Positions 27,918 through 35,894 of a stretch of 38,452 bases of DNA are shown here, one piece after another (the stretch's first letter is position 1; each line of letters begins with the position of its first letter). The notes under the pieces are model-generated. The model did no database searches, had not been told where the DNA came from, and was given only the letters and a program-made list of their open reading frames with translations. Origin of the DNA: a virus (Duplodnaviria; Heunggongvirae; Uroviricota; Caudoviricetes); the IMG/VR virus record IMGVR_UViG_2728369592_000010, positions 1 to 38,452 of that record; one strand, 5' to 3'. The position numbers and the translations under genes were made by a program.

Positions 27918-28217
27918 TCACATCACCCTGAAGCCGTTGCATTTACGTAAGAAATCGCAGATATAGCCCTTCATTTTTTCATGCCAATCTCGATCATTCC
28001 CATTGCACCAACCATCAGGTGGAGTCCAGTTTTCTATCAGAGCAACCATTTTCTTTGCTTTCGCCGGAGTAGCTGTTGCGGTATCGCAGTAATGACGAGT
28101 GTCAACCAACGCATCCATACCATCGATATCAAGTACGCAAAACCATGTGTGATTCGGCATTCCAACAGATGGTATTTGTTGCCCACGTCGACGTTTATCA
28201 ATAAGACATACAGTCAT
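27918..28217 (-). CDS. Hypothetical phage protein
   Basis: 99-aa ORF translationally coupled within the nin-like block. Confidence 0.55.
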   Translation of the reverse strand: MTVCLIDKRRRGQQIPSVGMPNHTWFCVLDIDGMDALVDTRHYCDTATATPAKAKKMVALIENWTPPDGWCNGNDRDWHEKMKGYICDFLRKCNGFRVM

Positions 28218-28759
28218 GGTTCCACCTTCTCTATTTGCTTAAGACCGTCTCTCACTGCATTAAGTACGCGTTCCAGATACTGGTATTTCGGGTTTGGTGC
28301 CGTTGGCCAGTCGGCATACCACGGATCATCACCAAAGAGATTCAGCAGTTTGTTACCGACACCGAAACAACAGCAGCTTTCTTTTACGTCATCGGCGTTT
28401 TCCGCCTCGTCCCACATTTCTCGAGCCTGTACCGCGTCGATTTCTCTCTCTCTTCGTAACTTTATGATTTCTGACTTCACGAAAAGCAGATTTGCATCGT
28501 TGTCATCGTCGACCGTGCTTCGCAGTTGAGGGTCGAAATAGCCGATTAGATACTCGTTGCTGACCCGCTTAATGAACGTCTGCACATCATCACCGCCCAT
28601 AGCAAACCAAGCCGCAGTCCACGCTTTTCCGTAGCAGGTGATGGTGATTCTTCCCTTACCAGGTTCGTAGTTTTCAATCATCACTCTAACCGGATCTAGT
28701 CGCTCTGCACCGGTTATAACGAATGACAACACATCAATCTTTTCAACCGTTACACTCAC
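28214..28759 (-). CDS. Hypothetical phage protein
   Basis: 181-aa ORF overlapping both neighbours. Confidence 0.6.
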   Translation of the reverse strand: MSVTVEKIDVLSFVITGAERLDPVRVMIENYEPGKGRITITCYGKAWTAAWFAMGGDDVQTFIKRVSNEYLIGYFDPQLRSTVDDDNDANLLFVKSEIIKLRREREIDAVQAREMWDEAENADDVKESCCCFGVGNKLLNLFGDDPWYADWPTAPNPKYQYLERVLNAVRDGLKQIEKVEP

Positions 28760-29187
28760 TGGTTGCCTCCTTTGCGAAGCTCAGCGGCGAAGGCTACTGC
28801 GTGATCATGATGTTCAAGTGTGTATGCACACTCCGCAAACATCTCCACGCCCTGCGCTCGTACTTCAGCCAGGAAAGCATCGGTGGCAGGCATATTTCCT
28901 GTTGCTTTCATGGCCTCCAAGATAACCAGAACGCCATCTCTCCCAACCTCCTCGCAGATAACCTCGGTTTTGTCGCCAACAACATCGCAGAATGCCTGAA
29001 CTGCTTTACGAGCCAGCTCATTCTCCGCCGCCAGCGCATTAGCACGCACCAGTTGCACTTCCAGTTGCGTTGCCAAATCGCTGATCAGCTTTGCCACGCT
29101 GCGCATATCAACGGCACCACATTCTGCTTTCAGTTCCGAAGCCATCTCATGCCCGGCGGAAACTAACCCTTTGATATTACTTTCCAT
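28756..29187 (-). CDS. Hypothetical phage protein
   Basis: 143-aa ORF; acidic, helical. Confidence 0.6.
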   Translation of the reverse strand: MESNIKGLVSAGHEMASELKAECGAVDMRSVAKLISDLATQLEVQLVRANALAAENELARKAVQAFCDVVGDKTEVICEEVGRDGVLVILEAMKATGNMPATDAFLAEVRAQGVEMFAECAYTLEHHDHAVAFAAELRKGGNQ

Positions 29188-29248
29188 CTTTACCCTCGCT
29201 TATCCACATAACTTATTGATTACATTGATAACTAAAAAGATCGTCGAT

Positions 29249-29593
29249 TCAGAACTCTTCGATGTTCCAGCCACCACCTGCTTTCTTTGGTTTAACCGTT
29301 ACCCCGATGATTCGGAACGGATACTGATCTGCGGCGACTTTGGTTTTCACCCTGGCGTCGTCGGTCCAGAAACCTTTCACTTCGTGCAGTTCCATCTCGC
29401 CGGTGGCGAGCATCACAGCAAAATCGGGCGTATAGAACGTGTTGTCAGCTAACCGCAGCTTGATACCCTCAAATCGATACCAGGCTATTTCCCCTGCACG
29501 TTTACGCAGCTCAAGGTGCTGGCAATACGCAGATTCTGTTTTGTTCATCTGGCCTGTTTTGAGTCGACCAAGAGCCTGTATCTGTTTTCTCAT
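29249..29593 (-). CDS. DUF1064-type putative nuclease / resolvase-like protein
   Basis: Motifs YTPDFAV and ELHEVKG resemble the DUF1064 family; first gene downstream of an operator-flanked promoter. Confidence 0.65.
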   Translation of the reverse strand: MRKQIQALGRLKTGQMNKTESAYCQHLELRKRAGEIAWYRFEGIKLRLADNTFYTPDFAVMLATGEMELHEVKGFWTDDARVKTKVAADQYPFRIIGVTVKPKKAGGGWNIEEF

Positions 29594-29596
29594 GAT

Positions 29597-29673
29597 TTAC
29601 CCCTTAGGTAATTAAAAACCACATAAGACACGAAATCAATAGATTTTAGAATATTTTATTACCTCAAAGGTAA
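29597..29673 (-). promoter_or_regulatory. Promoter-operator cassette: operator TTACCTCAAAGGTAA (29659-29673), -35 TTGATT (29634-29639, minus), 17-bp spacer, -10 TTTAAT, operator TTACCCCTTAGGTAA (29597-29611) overlapping -10/+1 and the SD
   Basis: Same geometry as the plus-strand cassette at 32702-32778. Confidence 0.6.
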
Positions 29674-29685
29674 TTATCGAGACGT

Positions 29686-29704
29686 AAAAAAATGCGCTAT
29701 CGCG
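29686..29704 (-). terminator. Weak terminator after the P-like gene (GCGC-gata-GCGC then T7)
   Basis: Short all-GC stem followed by seven T on the minus strand. Confidence 0.35.
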
Positions 29705-29710
29705 CTGGTA

Positions 29711-30511
29711 TTACTTGATAAATCCTGACGCCTTTCCCCGCCTGTATTCCTCCATCAGCCACTGCGCCGGTGTTATTCCCCCAAGGGTGGCGGCGTTAGG
29801 CATGCACCCGAAACTTCGCCCTGGTGGATGGTAAACGTCTCTCCCTGTGTCCGGAGGCGTACTCATGGGTTCTGGCTTTGCCTGTATGCTGATCACCGGA
29901 TCGGGTATCTGCTGTCCGGAAGCCACCTTTTTCGCCCAATCATCGAGCAGCCTGCGCGCGTGTTTCTCAACCTCAATCTCGCTAAGCTGGCGCTGATACA
30001 TTGCACGGCGGGTATCACATACGACCCAGTACATAACCGGATGCCGCCACGGGAATCTTTCGGGACCACCAGGATATAAACTTTTTTCCTTGCTGTACCG
30101 GTGAAACTCCGCCATCACATCGTCAATGGTGACGCCAAGAACCATCTTGCTGTCTTTGCACCACTTGATAAATTGCCCTGGCGACGGCCAGAACGGAGAT
30201 TCACTGGCGCGGGCGTGGCGCATACCAGCAGAAACCTGTTCACGGGTTCGGATCCCCCCTTCGGCAAACGCAGCAATCCACTGCTGTTTTGCAGCGACTT
30301 CCTGCTCTGGCGTCTTCAGGTTGGTTACCACTGCCGCCGGAAACAGCTGTTTCAGCTGTTTGAAAAGGGCATCAACAAGCCTCTCTGCTGACATGTTCAC
30401 CACATTGTCATTGTTGACGTACTGATGCTCATAACCTGACATGCGAGAAAGGGCTTCTCCGTCACGGTTTTGTATCGCGGTAAAAACGTTGTTCACAAGA
30501 AATCCTCCCAC
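29711..30511 (-). CDS. Replication protein P-like helicase loader
   Basis: REQVSAGMRHARASESPFWPSPGQFIKWCKD aligns with lambda P MEQVNAGMRVARRQNRPFLPSPGQFVAWCRE (from memory). Confidence 0.85.
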   Translation of the reverse strand: MGGFLVNNVFTAIQNRDGEALSRMSGYEHQYVNNDNVVNMSAERLVDALFKQLKQLFPAAVVTNLKTPEQEVAAKQQWIAAFAEGGIRTREQVSAGMRHARASESPFWPSPGQFIKWCKDSKMVLGVTIDDVMAEFHRYSKEKSLYPGGPERFPWRHPVMYWVVCDTRRAMYQRQLSEIEVEKHARRLLDDWAKKVASGQQIPDPVISIQAKPEPMSTPPDTGRDVYHPPGRSFGCMPNAATLGGITPAQWLMEEYRRGKASGFIK

Positions 30512-31308
30512 GCTTCAGGGCTGTTCCAGTGCGGAACGTTGTTATCAGGTAATGTTGATTGCTTCTGTCTGCTAATCTGCAGCCGCCTTGCCAGCTTCTG
30601 CTCCCACTGTGCCTGATGGTATGCCTTACCCTCAGCCATCCAGTAAATTCTGAACTCTGCAAGTTCCTGTGCTGTTGGCAGACTGTCCAGGTAGATCCCC
30701 TGCAATGAGCTTTTCCGAAGAAAGTCATCTGATGGCTGCCATTGTTCATGCATGACAAATTTGCCTAATTGCCCTGGCCCACCAGGAGGAACAAAGTTAT
30801 TCATCACGGCGTTGTTTGCGCCGGGGTCATGAGGCACAGAATCCCCGCTTTTTGTCCTGCTCTCCCTCTCTTGGTTAAATGACTGGTTATATGACTGGTT
30901 CTGGATCCCGTTTTTGGGATCATTCAACATCCCGTTTTTGGGATCATTCAACATCCCGTTTTTGGGTATATTCCCGTTTTCGGTAACATTACCGTTTTCG
31001 GGTTCATTACCCCCTTCCCGGTTGCCTTTAATGTTCCCGTTTTTGGTTATATTAAGAGAGAAAACCCGCACTCTTTTCGTCGCTCCCTTTCTCTCTCCGG
31101 TATCTGAAATAAGCCCCATTTTCATGAGCGATATAAGTCCGGCCTGCACGGTTTTTTTATTCAGGCAAGTGTCTTTAACGAGGCGTTCTATGCTGGGGTA
31201 GCAGAGGTTATATTCATCGGCTCTGTCAGCCATCGAGAGCAGTATGAGCTTTAATGACGAGCTACCTGGATCTGTCTCCCAGGCCCAATCTGTTGCATGT
31301 CTGCTCAT
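30493..31308 (-). CDS. Replication initiator (lambda O-like) with N-terminal winged-helix and internal iteron-encoded repeat
   Basis: N-terminal HTH-like region, central NGN/KNG peptide repeats encoded by DNA iterons, C-terminal region upstream of the P-like gene as in lambda O-P. Confidence 0.8.
   Translation of the reverse strand: MSRHATDWAWETDPGSSSLKLILLSMADRADEYNLCYPSIERLVKDTCLNKKTVQAGLISLMKMGLISDTGERKGATKRVRVFSLNITKNGNIKGNREGGNEPENGNVTENGNIPKNGMLNDPKNGMLNDPKNGIQNQSYNQSFNQERESRTKSGDSVPHDPGANNAVMNNFVPPGGPGQLGKFVMHEQWQPSDDFLRKSSLQGIYLDSLPTAQELAEFRIYWMAEGKAYHQAQWEQKLARRLQISRQKQSTLPDNNVPHWNSPEAWEDFL
30905..31053. repeat. Origin-like iteron array inside the O-like gene: two perfect 24-bp copies ATCCCGTTTTTGGGATCATTCAAC plus about five degenerate CCGTTTT(T)GG units
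   Basis: Read directly; each unit has an ATCCC...GGGAT inverted core, as in lambda ori iterons. Confidence 0.7.
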
Positions 31309-31323
31309 GATTAATCTCCGCTA

Positions 31324-31524
31324 TCAGCTTGAATGTTGTGGGGAGGAATTAATCATGATCTGCTTAATCTCTGCCCTGATGCGACGGTTTGATTCCATGG
31401 TGCACTCAACACAGTGTCCGTTGTAAACCCAGCGTTCACTGTCATGTCCGTGCTTACATGGTTTTCCGGTGTAGTAGCGTTTAAGTCCGCGCTTTGCGGC
31501 ATCAATACGTGTAATGATTTCCAT
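31324..31524 (-). CDS. Small zinc-ribbon-like protein in the cII position (start at MEIITR)
   Basis: C-x-H-x-H...C-x2-C cluster; ORF-track N-terminal extension is hydrophobic and lacks SD. Confidence 0.5.
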   Translation of the reverse strand: MEIITRIDAAKRGLKRYYTGKPCKHGHDSERWVYNGHCVECTMESNRRIRAEIKQIMINSSPQHSS

Positions 31525-31558
31525 GGCAAGCCCTGTTATTAGTATTGGGATTACGGTT

Positions 31559-31619
31559 ATTTTGTGCTGACACAAAAAAAAGATCAACCAGATTTGGTTT
31601 TTTATTACCTTTGAGGTGC
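31559..31619 (-). promoter_or_regulatory. Candidate promoter for the replication operon: half-degenerate operator TTACCTTTGAGGTGC (31605-31619), -35 TTGATC, palindrome TTTTGTG-ctga-CACAAAA (31560-31577) over the spacer/-10
   Basis: Read directly on the minus strand. Confidence 0.4.
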
Positions 31620-31627
31620 GAATAGAT

Positions 31628-31652
31628 ATGAAAAGACCGCCGGATGGCGGTC
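31628..31652 (-). terminator. Rho-independent terminator after the Cro-like gene (tR1 analogue): GACCGCC-atcc-GGCGGTC then TTTTC
   Basis: Perfect 7-bp GC-rich stem with T-run on the minus strand, 23 nt after the Cro-like stop. Confidence 0.6.
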
Positions 31653-31674
31653 TACAGAGGGTTGTGGCTGGATA

Positions 31675-31905
31675 TCATGAGTAGAAGAAGTATGCCAGTT
31701 CTGCTTTTGAGCGCAACCATTGTCTTGATTTACAGGCTTTAAAAAGCCCATTCATCAATACTTTACCTGGCATTTTGCGCTTACCTGTTAAGTGAGTCTG
31801 GATATAGTGACTCGTCGTTCCGGCTTCCTGTGCGAAGGCTTCACGCTCATCCGGAGTAAGTGCAAGCCAGTGCTTTTTGAAATCGAAATGTCCGTTATCG
31901 CTCAT
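31675..31905 (-). CDS. Cro-like small HTH regulator, first gene of the lytic-direction operon
   Basis: 76 aa with HTH-like segment EREAFAQEAGTTSHYIQTHLTGKR; divergent from the repressor gene across an operator cluster. Confidence 0.6.
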   Translation of the reverse strand: MSDNGHFDFKKHWLALTPDEREAFAQEAGTTSHYIQTHLTGKRKMPGKVLMNGLFKACKSRQWLRSKAELAYFFYS

Positions 31906-31941
31906 AGCTATTGCCTGATATTTATTTCAGATAATAAATAT

Positions 31942-32004
31942 TCACCCATAAGGTAACAAAAATCAAGGATAGTTACCTATGGGGTGCATTTACCTGTTGG
32001 GTAA
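31942..32004. promoter_or_regulatory. Tripartite operator cluster between Cro-like and repressor genes: TCACCCATAAGGTAA (31942-31956), TTACCTATGGGGTGC (31973-31987), TTACCTGTTGGGTAA (31990-32004)
   Basis: Three TTACC-N5-GGTAA-family sites in the 154-bp divergent intergenic region. Confidence 0.6.
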
Positions 32005-32059
32005 TATTGCTTTAAATTGAATCATCTACTGATTCATATATGAGGCGATTTTCCAGAAA

Positions 32060-32644
32060 ATGAAAAGTATCCAGGACGTCCGCAGGCAAAATCTCAACGA
32101 CTTGATCGACCGTGAATTCAATGGTGTTCAGACGCGGATGGCAGAAAAACTTGGAACTCAGGCAAATCTGGTAAACCGCTGGGCTCTTGGCAAGAAGGTT
32201 ATCGGCGACCAGGTTGCGCGAAAAATTGAAGCTGCCGCCAATAAACCCCGTAACTGGCTTGATATCGATCGCTCGCTTTCTCAGGAAGGTTTTCAGCCTG
32301 TCGGCCCAAGCGACATTGGTCAGCTAGCGGCTCACAACCTGGAACGCTGGATGAGCGAAAGCCGCGACCTTTCAACACAGGGAAAACTTCACCGCGCATC
32401 CGGCGTCGCCCAGGTGACAATCAGCCGCCTGTTAAACAATGAGGTCAGCGTTTCCATTTCCACCCTGGAGAATGTTGCATCCGCATTCGGGCGTCACGGA
32501 TATGAACTACTGATTCACCCGCACGACCCTGCGACTATCAACTATGACCGCTCACGCTACGCATTGTTACCCGAAACCGAGAAAGCAAAGATCGAAAGTT
32601 ACATTGAATTTGTCATCAACCAGAACGAAAAAAGCAAACAATAA
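32060..32644 (+). CDS. Immunity repressor candidate with two tandem XRE-type HTH domains and no recognisable S24 autocleavage domain
   Basis: HTH-like segments at about residues 20-65 and 110-150; no Ala-Gly cleavage site or Ser/Lys peptidase motifs seen; divergent from the Cro-like gene. Confidence 0.7.
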   Translation: MKSIQDVRRQNLNDLIDREFNGVQTRMAEKLGTQANLVNRWALGKKVIGDQVARKIEAAANKPRNWLDIDRSLSQEGFQPVGPSDIGQLAAHNLERWMSESRDLSTQGKLHRASGVAQVTISRLLNNEVSVSISTLENVASAFGRHGYELLIHPHDPATINYDRSRYALLPETEKAKIESYIEFVINQNEKSKQ

Positions 32645-32701
32645 AACTATAGTTTTCAGTAAGTAAGCCGCCTCATGGCGGCTTTTTTATTGCCAGATAG
32701 A

Positions 32702-32778
32702 TTACCTTACGGGTAATTTTTTTAACTCATATCTATTGACACCAAACCAAATAAGCATAATTATTACCCCAACGGTAA
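32702..32778 (+). promoter_or_regulatory. Early-left promoter-operator cassette: operator TTACCTTACGGGTAA (32702-32716), -35 TTGACA (32736-32741), 17-bp spacer, -10 AATTAT, operator TTACCCCAACGGTAA (32764-32778)
   Basis: Read directly; geometry mirrors the minus-strand cassette at 29597-29673. Confidence 0.6.
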
Positions 32779-32797
32779 CAGACCGAGGTAACAAGTT

Positions 32798-32950
32798 ATG
32801 CAGTGGAAAATCATCAACGGTTGGTACTGCGTTACTGCATGCGGATTCATGAGCTGGAAGTTCCGCACCTTACAGGAAGGCATTAAGTGGGCTTTCGTCA
32901 GCAAAGAAGCTCGCGATGTAGCCAACGATAACGAGATATGGGAGGGCTGA
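32798..32950 (+). CDS. Possible 50-aa leader ORF of the early-left operon
   Basis: ATG with SD GAGGTAA, not in the ORF track; Trp/Cys-rich product. Confidence 0.3.
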   Translation: MQWKIINGWYCVTACGFMSWKFRTLQEGIKWAFVSKEARDVANDNEIWEG

Positions 32951-32953
32951 TAA

Positions 32954-33252
32954 TGAACGTTAATCAGCAGAAAAATCTTCAAAAAATCATGCTGGCATTC
33001 GACAAGGACTACCGCCTGTCAGAACAGCTATATGACCGACAAGTTGAACTGATTGAGAGCATCCGACTTCATCAACTGTCCTCAACTTTCGACGTTGTAA
33101 CAGGCAAAGGCGTTCGTCAGGAAGTGCTGGAGGCTGCTAAAGACAGCCCTGAGTTCGAAGAACTGGTGGATGCCTACCGGCGCGAGGCAATGGCAATTAT
33201 AGCGCGCTGGGATCTGGCGGATCAGCTTGATGGGCAGAGGGACGCGGCATGA
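32954..33252 (+). CDS. Hypothetical early protein
   Basis: SD GGAGGG 6 nt before ATG 32954 (ORF-track start 32938 lacks SD). Confidence 0.55.
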
Positions 33253-33455
33253 AACCAACACTCCTCTCATTGCTGCGAGGTGGAAAACACAGCATCCGAG
33301 ATATGGCAAAGATTCTTGGTATCTCAAGATCGAAGGTTTCTTGGTTCATCGCTGAGCTTGAACGTCGCAAATGGGTAGAGGTAACCAGGAGCGCAATATA
33401 TTTCCACGATGGAACCCGTTCCAACAAGCAGAACGAATACAAGGTTAAGTTATGA
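33249..33455 (+). CDS. Small putative DNA-binding protein (wHTH-like)
   Basis: 68 aa; segment SIRDMAKILGISRSKVSWFIAELERRKW resembles a helix-turn-helix. Confidence 0.5.
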   Translation: MKPTLLSLLRGGKHSIRDMAKILGISRSKVSWFIAELERRKWVEVTRSAIYFHDGTRSNKQNEYKVKL

Positions 33456-34273
33456 ATACTGGCATCTATTTCGACATCAGCAATGAGGACTACCACGCCG
33501 GTGACGGCGTGAGTAAGTCGCAACTGGACATGGTTGCCAAGAATCCGGCGCTTCTTAAATGGGTTCAGGCAGCACCAGAAGACGAAGAGAAAAAGTCTGC
33601 ACTAGATATGGGAACTGCATTGCACTGTCTGCTTCTTGAACCTGGAGAATTCGACAAACGCTTCATTGTTTCACCAAAGTTCGATCGTCGGACGAAACAA
33701 GGTAAAGCTGACGAAGAAGCATTTCTTCGTGATGTAGCGGATATGGGGATTGCGGTACTTGATGCCGAGCAGTGGCGGAAACTGGAGCTGATGCGTGATA
33801 GCGCAATGGCTCACCCGGCGGCACGCTGGATGCTGGAAGCACCTGGTTACTGCGAAGCATCAATGTACTGGAACGATGAAGAGACTGGTGAGTTGTGCCG
33901 CATTCGTCCAGACAAATGGCTGAACGAGCACAACGTGATCGTCGACGTGAAAAAGGTTGCAGATATGGACCGTTTTGCACGCCACATCGAGGAATTCCGC
34001 TACCACGTGCAGGACGCAATGTACCGCGAAGGCGCAATGAGGGTTACTGGTCAGCCGCATGGTTTTTTCTTTCTTGCCGTGAGCGAAAGCATTGATTGTG
34101 GTCGGTATCCGGTACGCGTGTTCGAGCTGGATGCGCCGGATGTCGATGCCGGGCACGCTCTGTTCCGCCGGGATCTGAATACCTATCACGAATGCCGCAT
34201 CAGCGATGAATGGGGCGGCGTGGAAATTATTAAACGCCCTGAGTGGGCACGCAAACAGGATATGTACGTATGA
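33452..34273 (+). CDS. RecE-like PD-(D/E)xK exonuclease (DUF3799-type)
   Basis: N-terminus GIYFDISNEDYHAGDGVSKSQL and D...IVDVKKV motif typical of the exonuclease VIII C-terminal domain family; immediately upstream of recT. Confidence 0.7.
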   Translation: MNTGIYFDISNEDYHAGDGVSKSQLDMVAKNPALLKWVQAAPEDEEKKSALDMGTALHCLLLEPGEFDKRFIVSPKFDRRTKQGKADEEAFLRDVADMGIAVLDAEQWRKLELMRDSAMAHPAARWMLEAPGYCEASMYWNDEETGELCRIRPDKWLNEHNVIVDVKKVADMDRFARHIEEFRYHVQDAMYREGAMRVTGQPHGFFFLAVSESIDCGRYPVRVFELDAPDVDAGHALFRRDLNTYHECRISDEWGGVEIIKRPEWARKQDMYV

Positions 34274-35187
34274 GCAACGAAATTGCAATCACCAATGATG
34301 TGTTGGCTATTCGGGGAATCGATGAAGTTACATGGAGCGCTCTGAAAAACAGTATTTACCCTGGGGCAAAAGATGAATCGGTAATGATGGCAGTCGATTA
34401 CTGCCGGGCGCGTCAACTCGATCCTCTTCTTAAGCCGGTACACCTGGTACCAATGAGTGTTAAAGACTCGAAGAGTGGAAAGAATGAATGGCGCGACGTG
34501 GTCATGCCTGGCATTGGACTTTATCGCATTCAGGCCTACCGTTCCGGCGATTACGCAGGCGCTAATGAACCTGAGTTCGGTCCAGATGTAACACAAACGC
34601 TTTCAGGCGTGGAGGTTACCTTCCCTCAGTGGTGTAAGTACACCGTCAGCAAGCGAATGGCAAGCGGGGAAATCGTAGAGTTTAGCGCCAAAGAATACTG
34701 GATTGAGAACTATGCAACTGGGGGGCGTGACACATCGGCACCAAATGCCATGTGGAAAAAGCGCCCTTATGCGCAGTTGGCAAAATGCGCAGAGGCACAG
34801 GCATTACGTAAAGCATGGCCGGAGATTGGTCAACAAGCCACAGCTGAGGAAATGGAAGGTAAATATATCGACTCACCTGACATTATTGAACGTGACGTAA
34901 CTCCAAGAAGTCAGGCAAAGCACGGCACAGCATCCAGCATGAACAGTCTGATCAACGCTAAACCAGTGAAAAAGCCTGATGAGCAAACGCGTAAAGCGGA
35001 TAGCCGTGATCCAGAAGAAATGCTGATGGCCTTTACCAGCGCAGCGATGAATTACAGCACTGTATCCGAACTGGATAAGGCTTACAAATACATTGCACAA
35101 AAACTTTCAGATGATGACGAACTACTGGCAAAAGCCACCGACGTTTACAGCGTTCGTCGGGAAGAATTAAACGAAACATCTATGTAA
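34270..35187 (+). CDS. recT: RecT-family single-strand annealing recombinase
   Basis: Motif WKKRPYAQLAKCAEAQALRKAWPE characteristic of RecT; start at ATG 34270 overlapping upstream stop (ATGA). Confidence 0.85.
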   Translation: MSNEIAITNDVLAIRGIDEVTWSALKNSIYPGAKDESVMMAVDYCRARQLDPLLKPVHLVPMSVKDSKSGKNEWRDVVMPGIGLYRIQAYRSGDYAGANEPEFGPDVTQTLSGVEVTFPQWCKYTVSKRMASGEIVEFSAKEYWIENYATGGRDTSAPNAMWKKRPYAQLAKCAEAQALRKAWPEIGQQATAEEMEGKYIDSPDIIERDVTPRSQAKHGTASSMNSLINAKPVKKPDEQTRKADSRDPEEMLMAFTSAAMNYSTVSELDKAYKYIAQKLSDDDELLAKATDVYSVRREELNETSM

Positions 35188-35236
35188 CCACCACCGCGGC
35201 GCCACACGCGCCGCACTGCAACCAAGAGAGGTATTT

Positions 35237-35485
35237 ATGAAAGGTGCATTAGGTAAGAAGGAACTCCTGGCGGTGGTGCCACTGTCATGGAGCACTATCG
35301 ACCGTATGGAGCGCGCAGGGGAATTTCCTAAACGCTGGTATATCACTGACAAACGCTGCGCATGGAACCGTGACGAAGTTGAGCGTTGGCTTGATGAACG
35401 TCAGGCAGCAAGCCCGGCAGAGTTCCAGGGTAAAAAACCTCCTGTTCAGCAACGTGTATATCGTCCCGTGAGCAACGCTGCATGA
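35237..35485 (+). CDS. AlpA-family excisionase / transcriptional regulator
   Basis: Segment LSWSTIDRMERAGEFPKRWYITDKRCAWNRDEVERWL matches the AlpA/Xis pattern. Confidence 0.7.
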   Translation: MKGALGKKELLAVVPLSWSTIDRMERAGEFPKRWYITDKRCAWNRDEVERWLDERQAASPAEFQGKKPPVQQRVYRPVSNAA

Positions 35486-35594
35486 GTGCGCTGCTAAGGC
35501 ACTGGATCAAATGGTCAGGATGGTACTTATTCCTGGCCTCTGTTTCAGCATGGCTTTATCTGCTGGCATTAATTTTCAGAGAGGGTTGGATTAA

Positions 35595-35894
35595 GTGAGA
35601 AAGTTAAGCCGACTTGAAAAATATCACATGAATAAGGTTTCAATGCGCAGTCCGTCAAAGATTGTCGCCGTTACTCCTGCGGCGATAGAGATCGAAAAAC
35701 GCGCGATTGAAAGAGAGAAAAAAGGGCAGTTCCGCATTGCCGCTCACCTTTGGCTTCAGTGTATGGATGTTGCTTCTGGTGATGTTGAGCGTGCAAGGAT
35801 CGCGGTTCGCAGGGACCAATGTATCACAAAAGGTAACGGCCTTCGCCGTGGAGACTATAGCGGTATAGGATGTTGCGGGGTGGTTTATGACTAA
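35595..35894 (+). CDS. Small regulator-like protein (possibly PerC-like), GTG start
   Basis: 99-aa ORF with SD GAGGG; weak resemblance to prophage PerC-family activators. Confidence 0.45.
   Translation: MRKLSRLEKYHMNKVSMRSPSKIVAVTPAAIEIEKRAIEREKKGQFRIAAHLWLQCMDVASGDVERARIAVRRDQCITKGNGLRRGDYSGIGCCGVVYD

Noticed and set aside
30905-31053. Direct repeats in the O-like gene as a repetitive surface-protein motif or assembly artefact
   Set aside because: Position inside a replication-initiator gene and the inverted-core structure of each unit fit origin iterons
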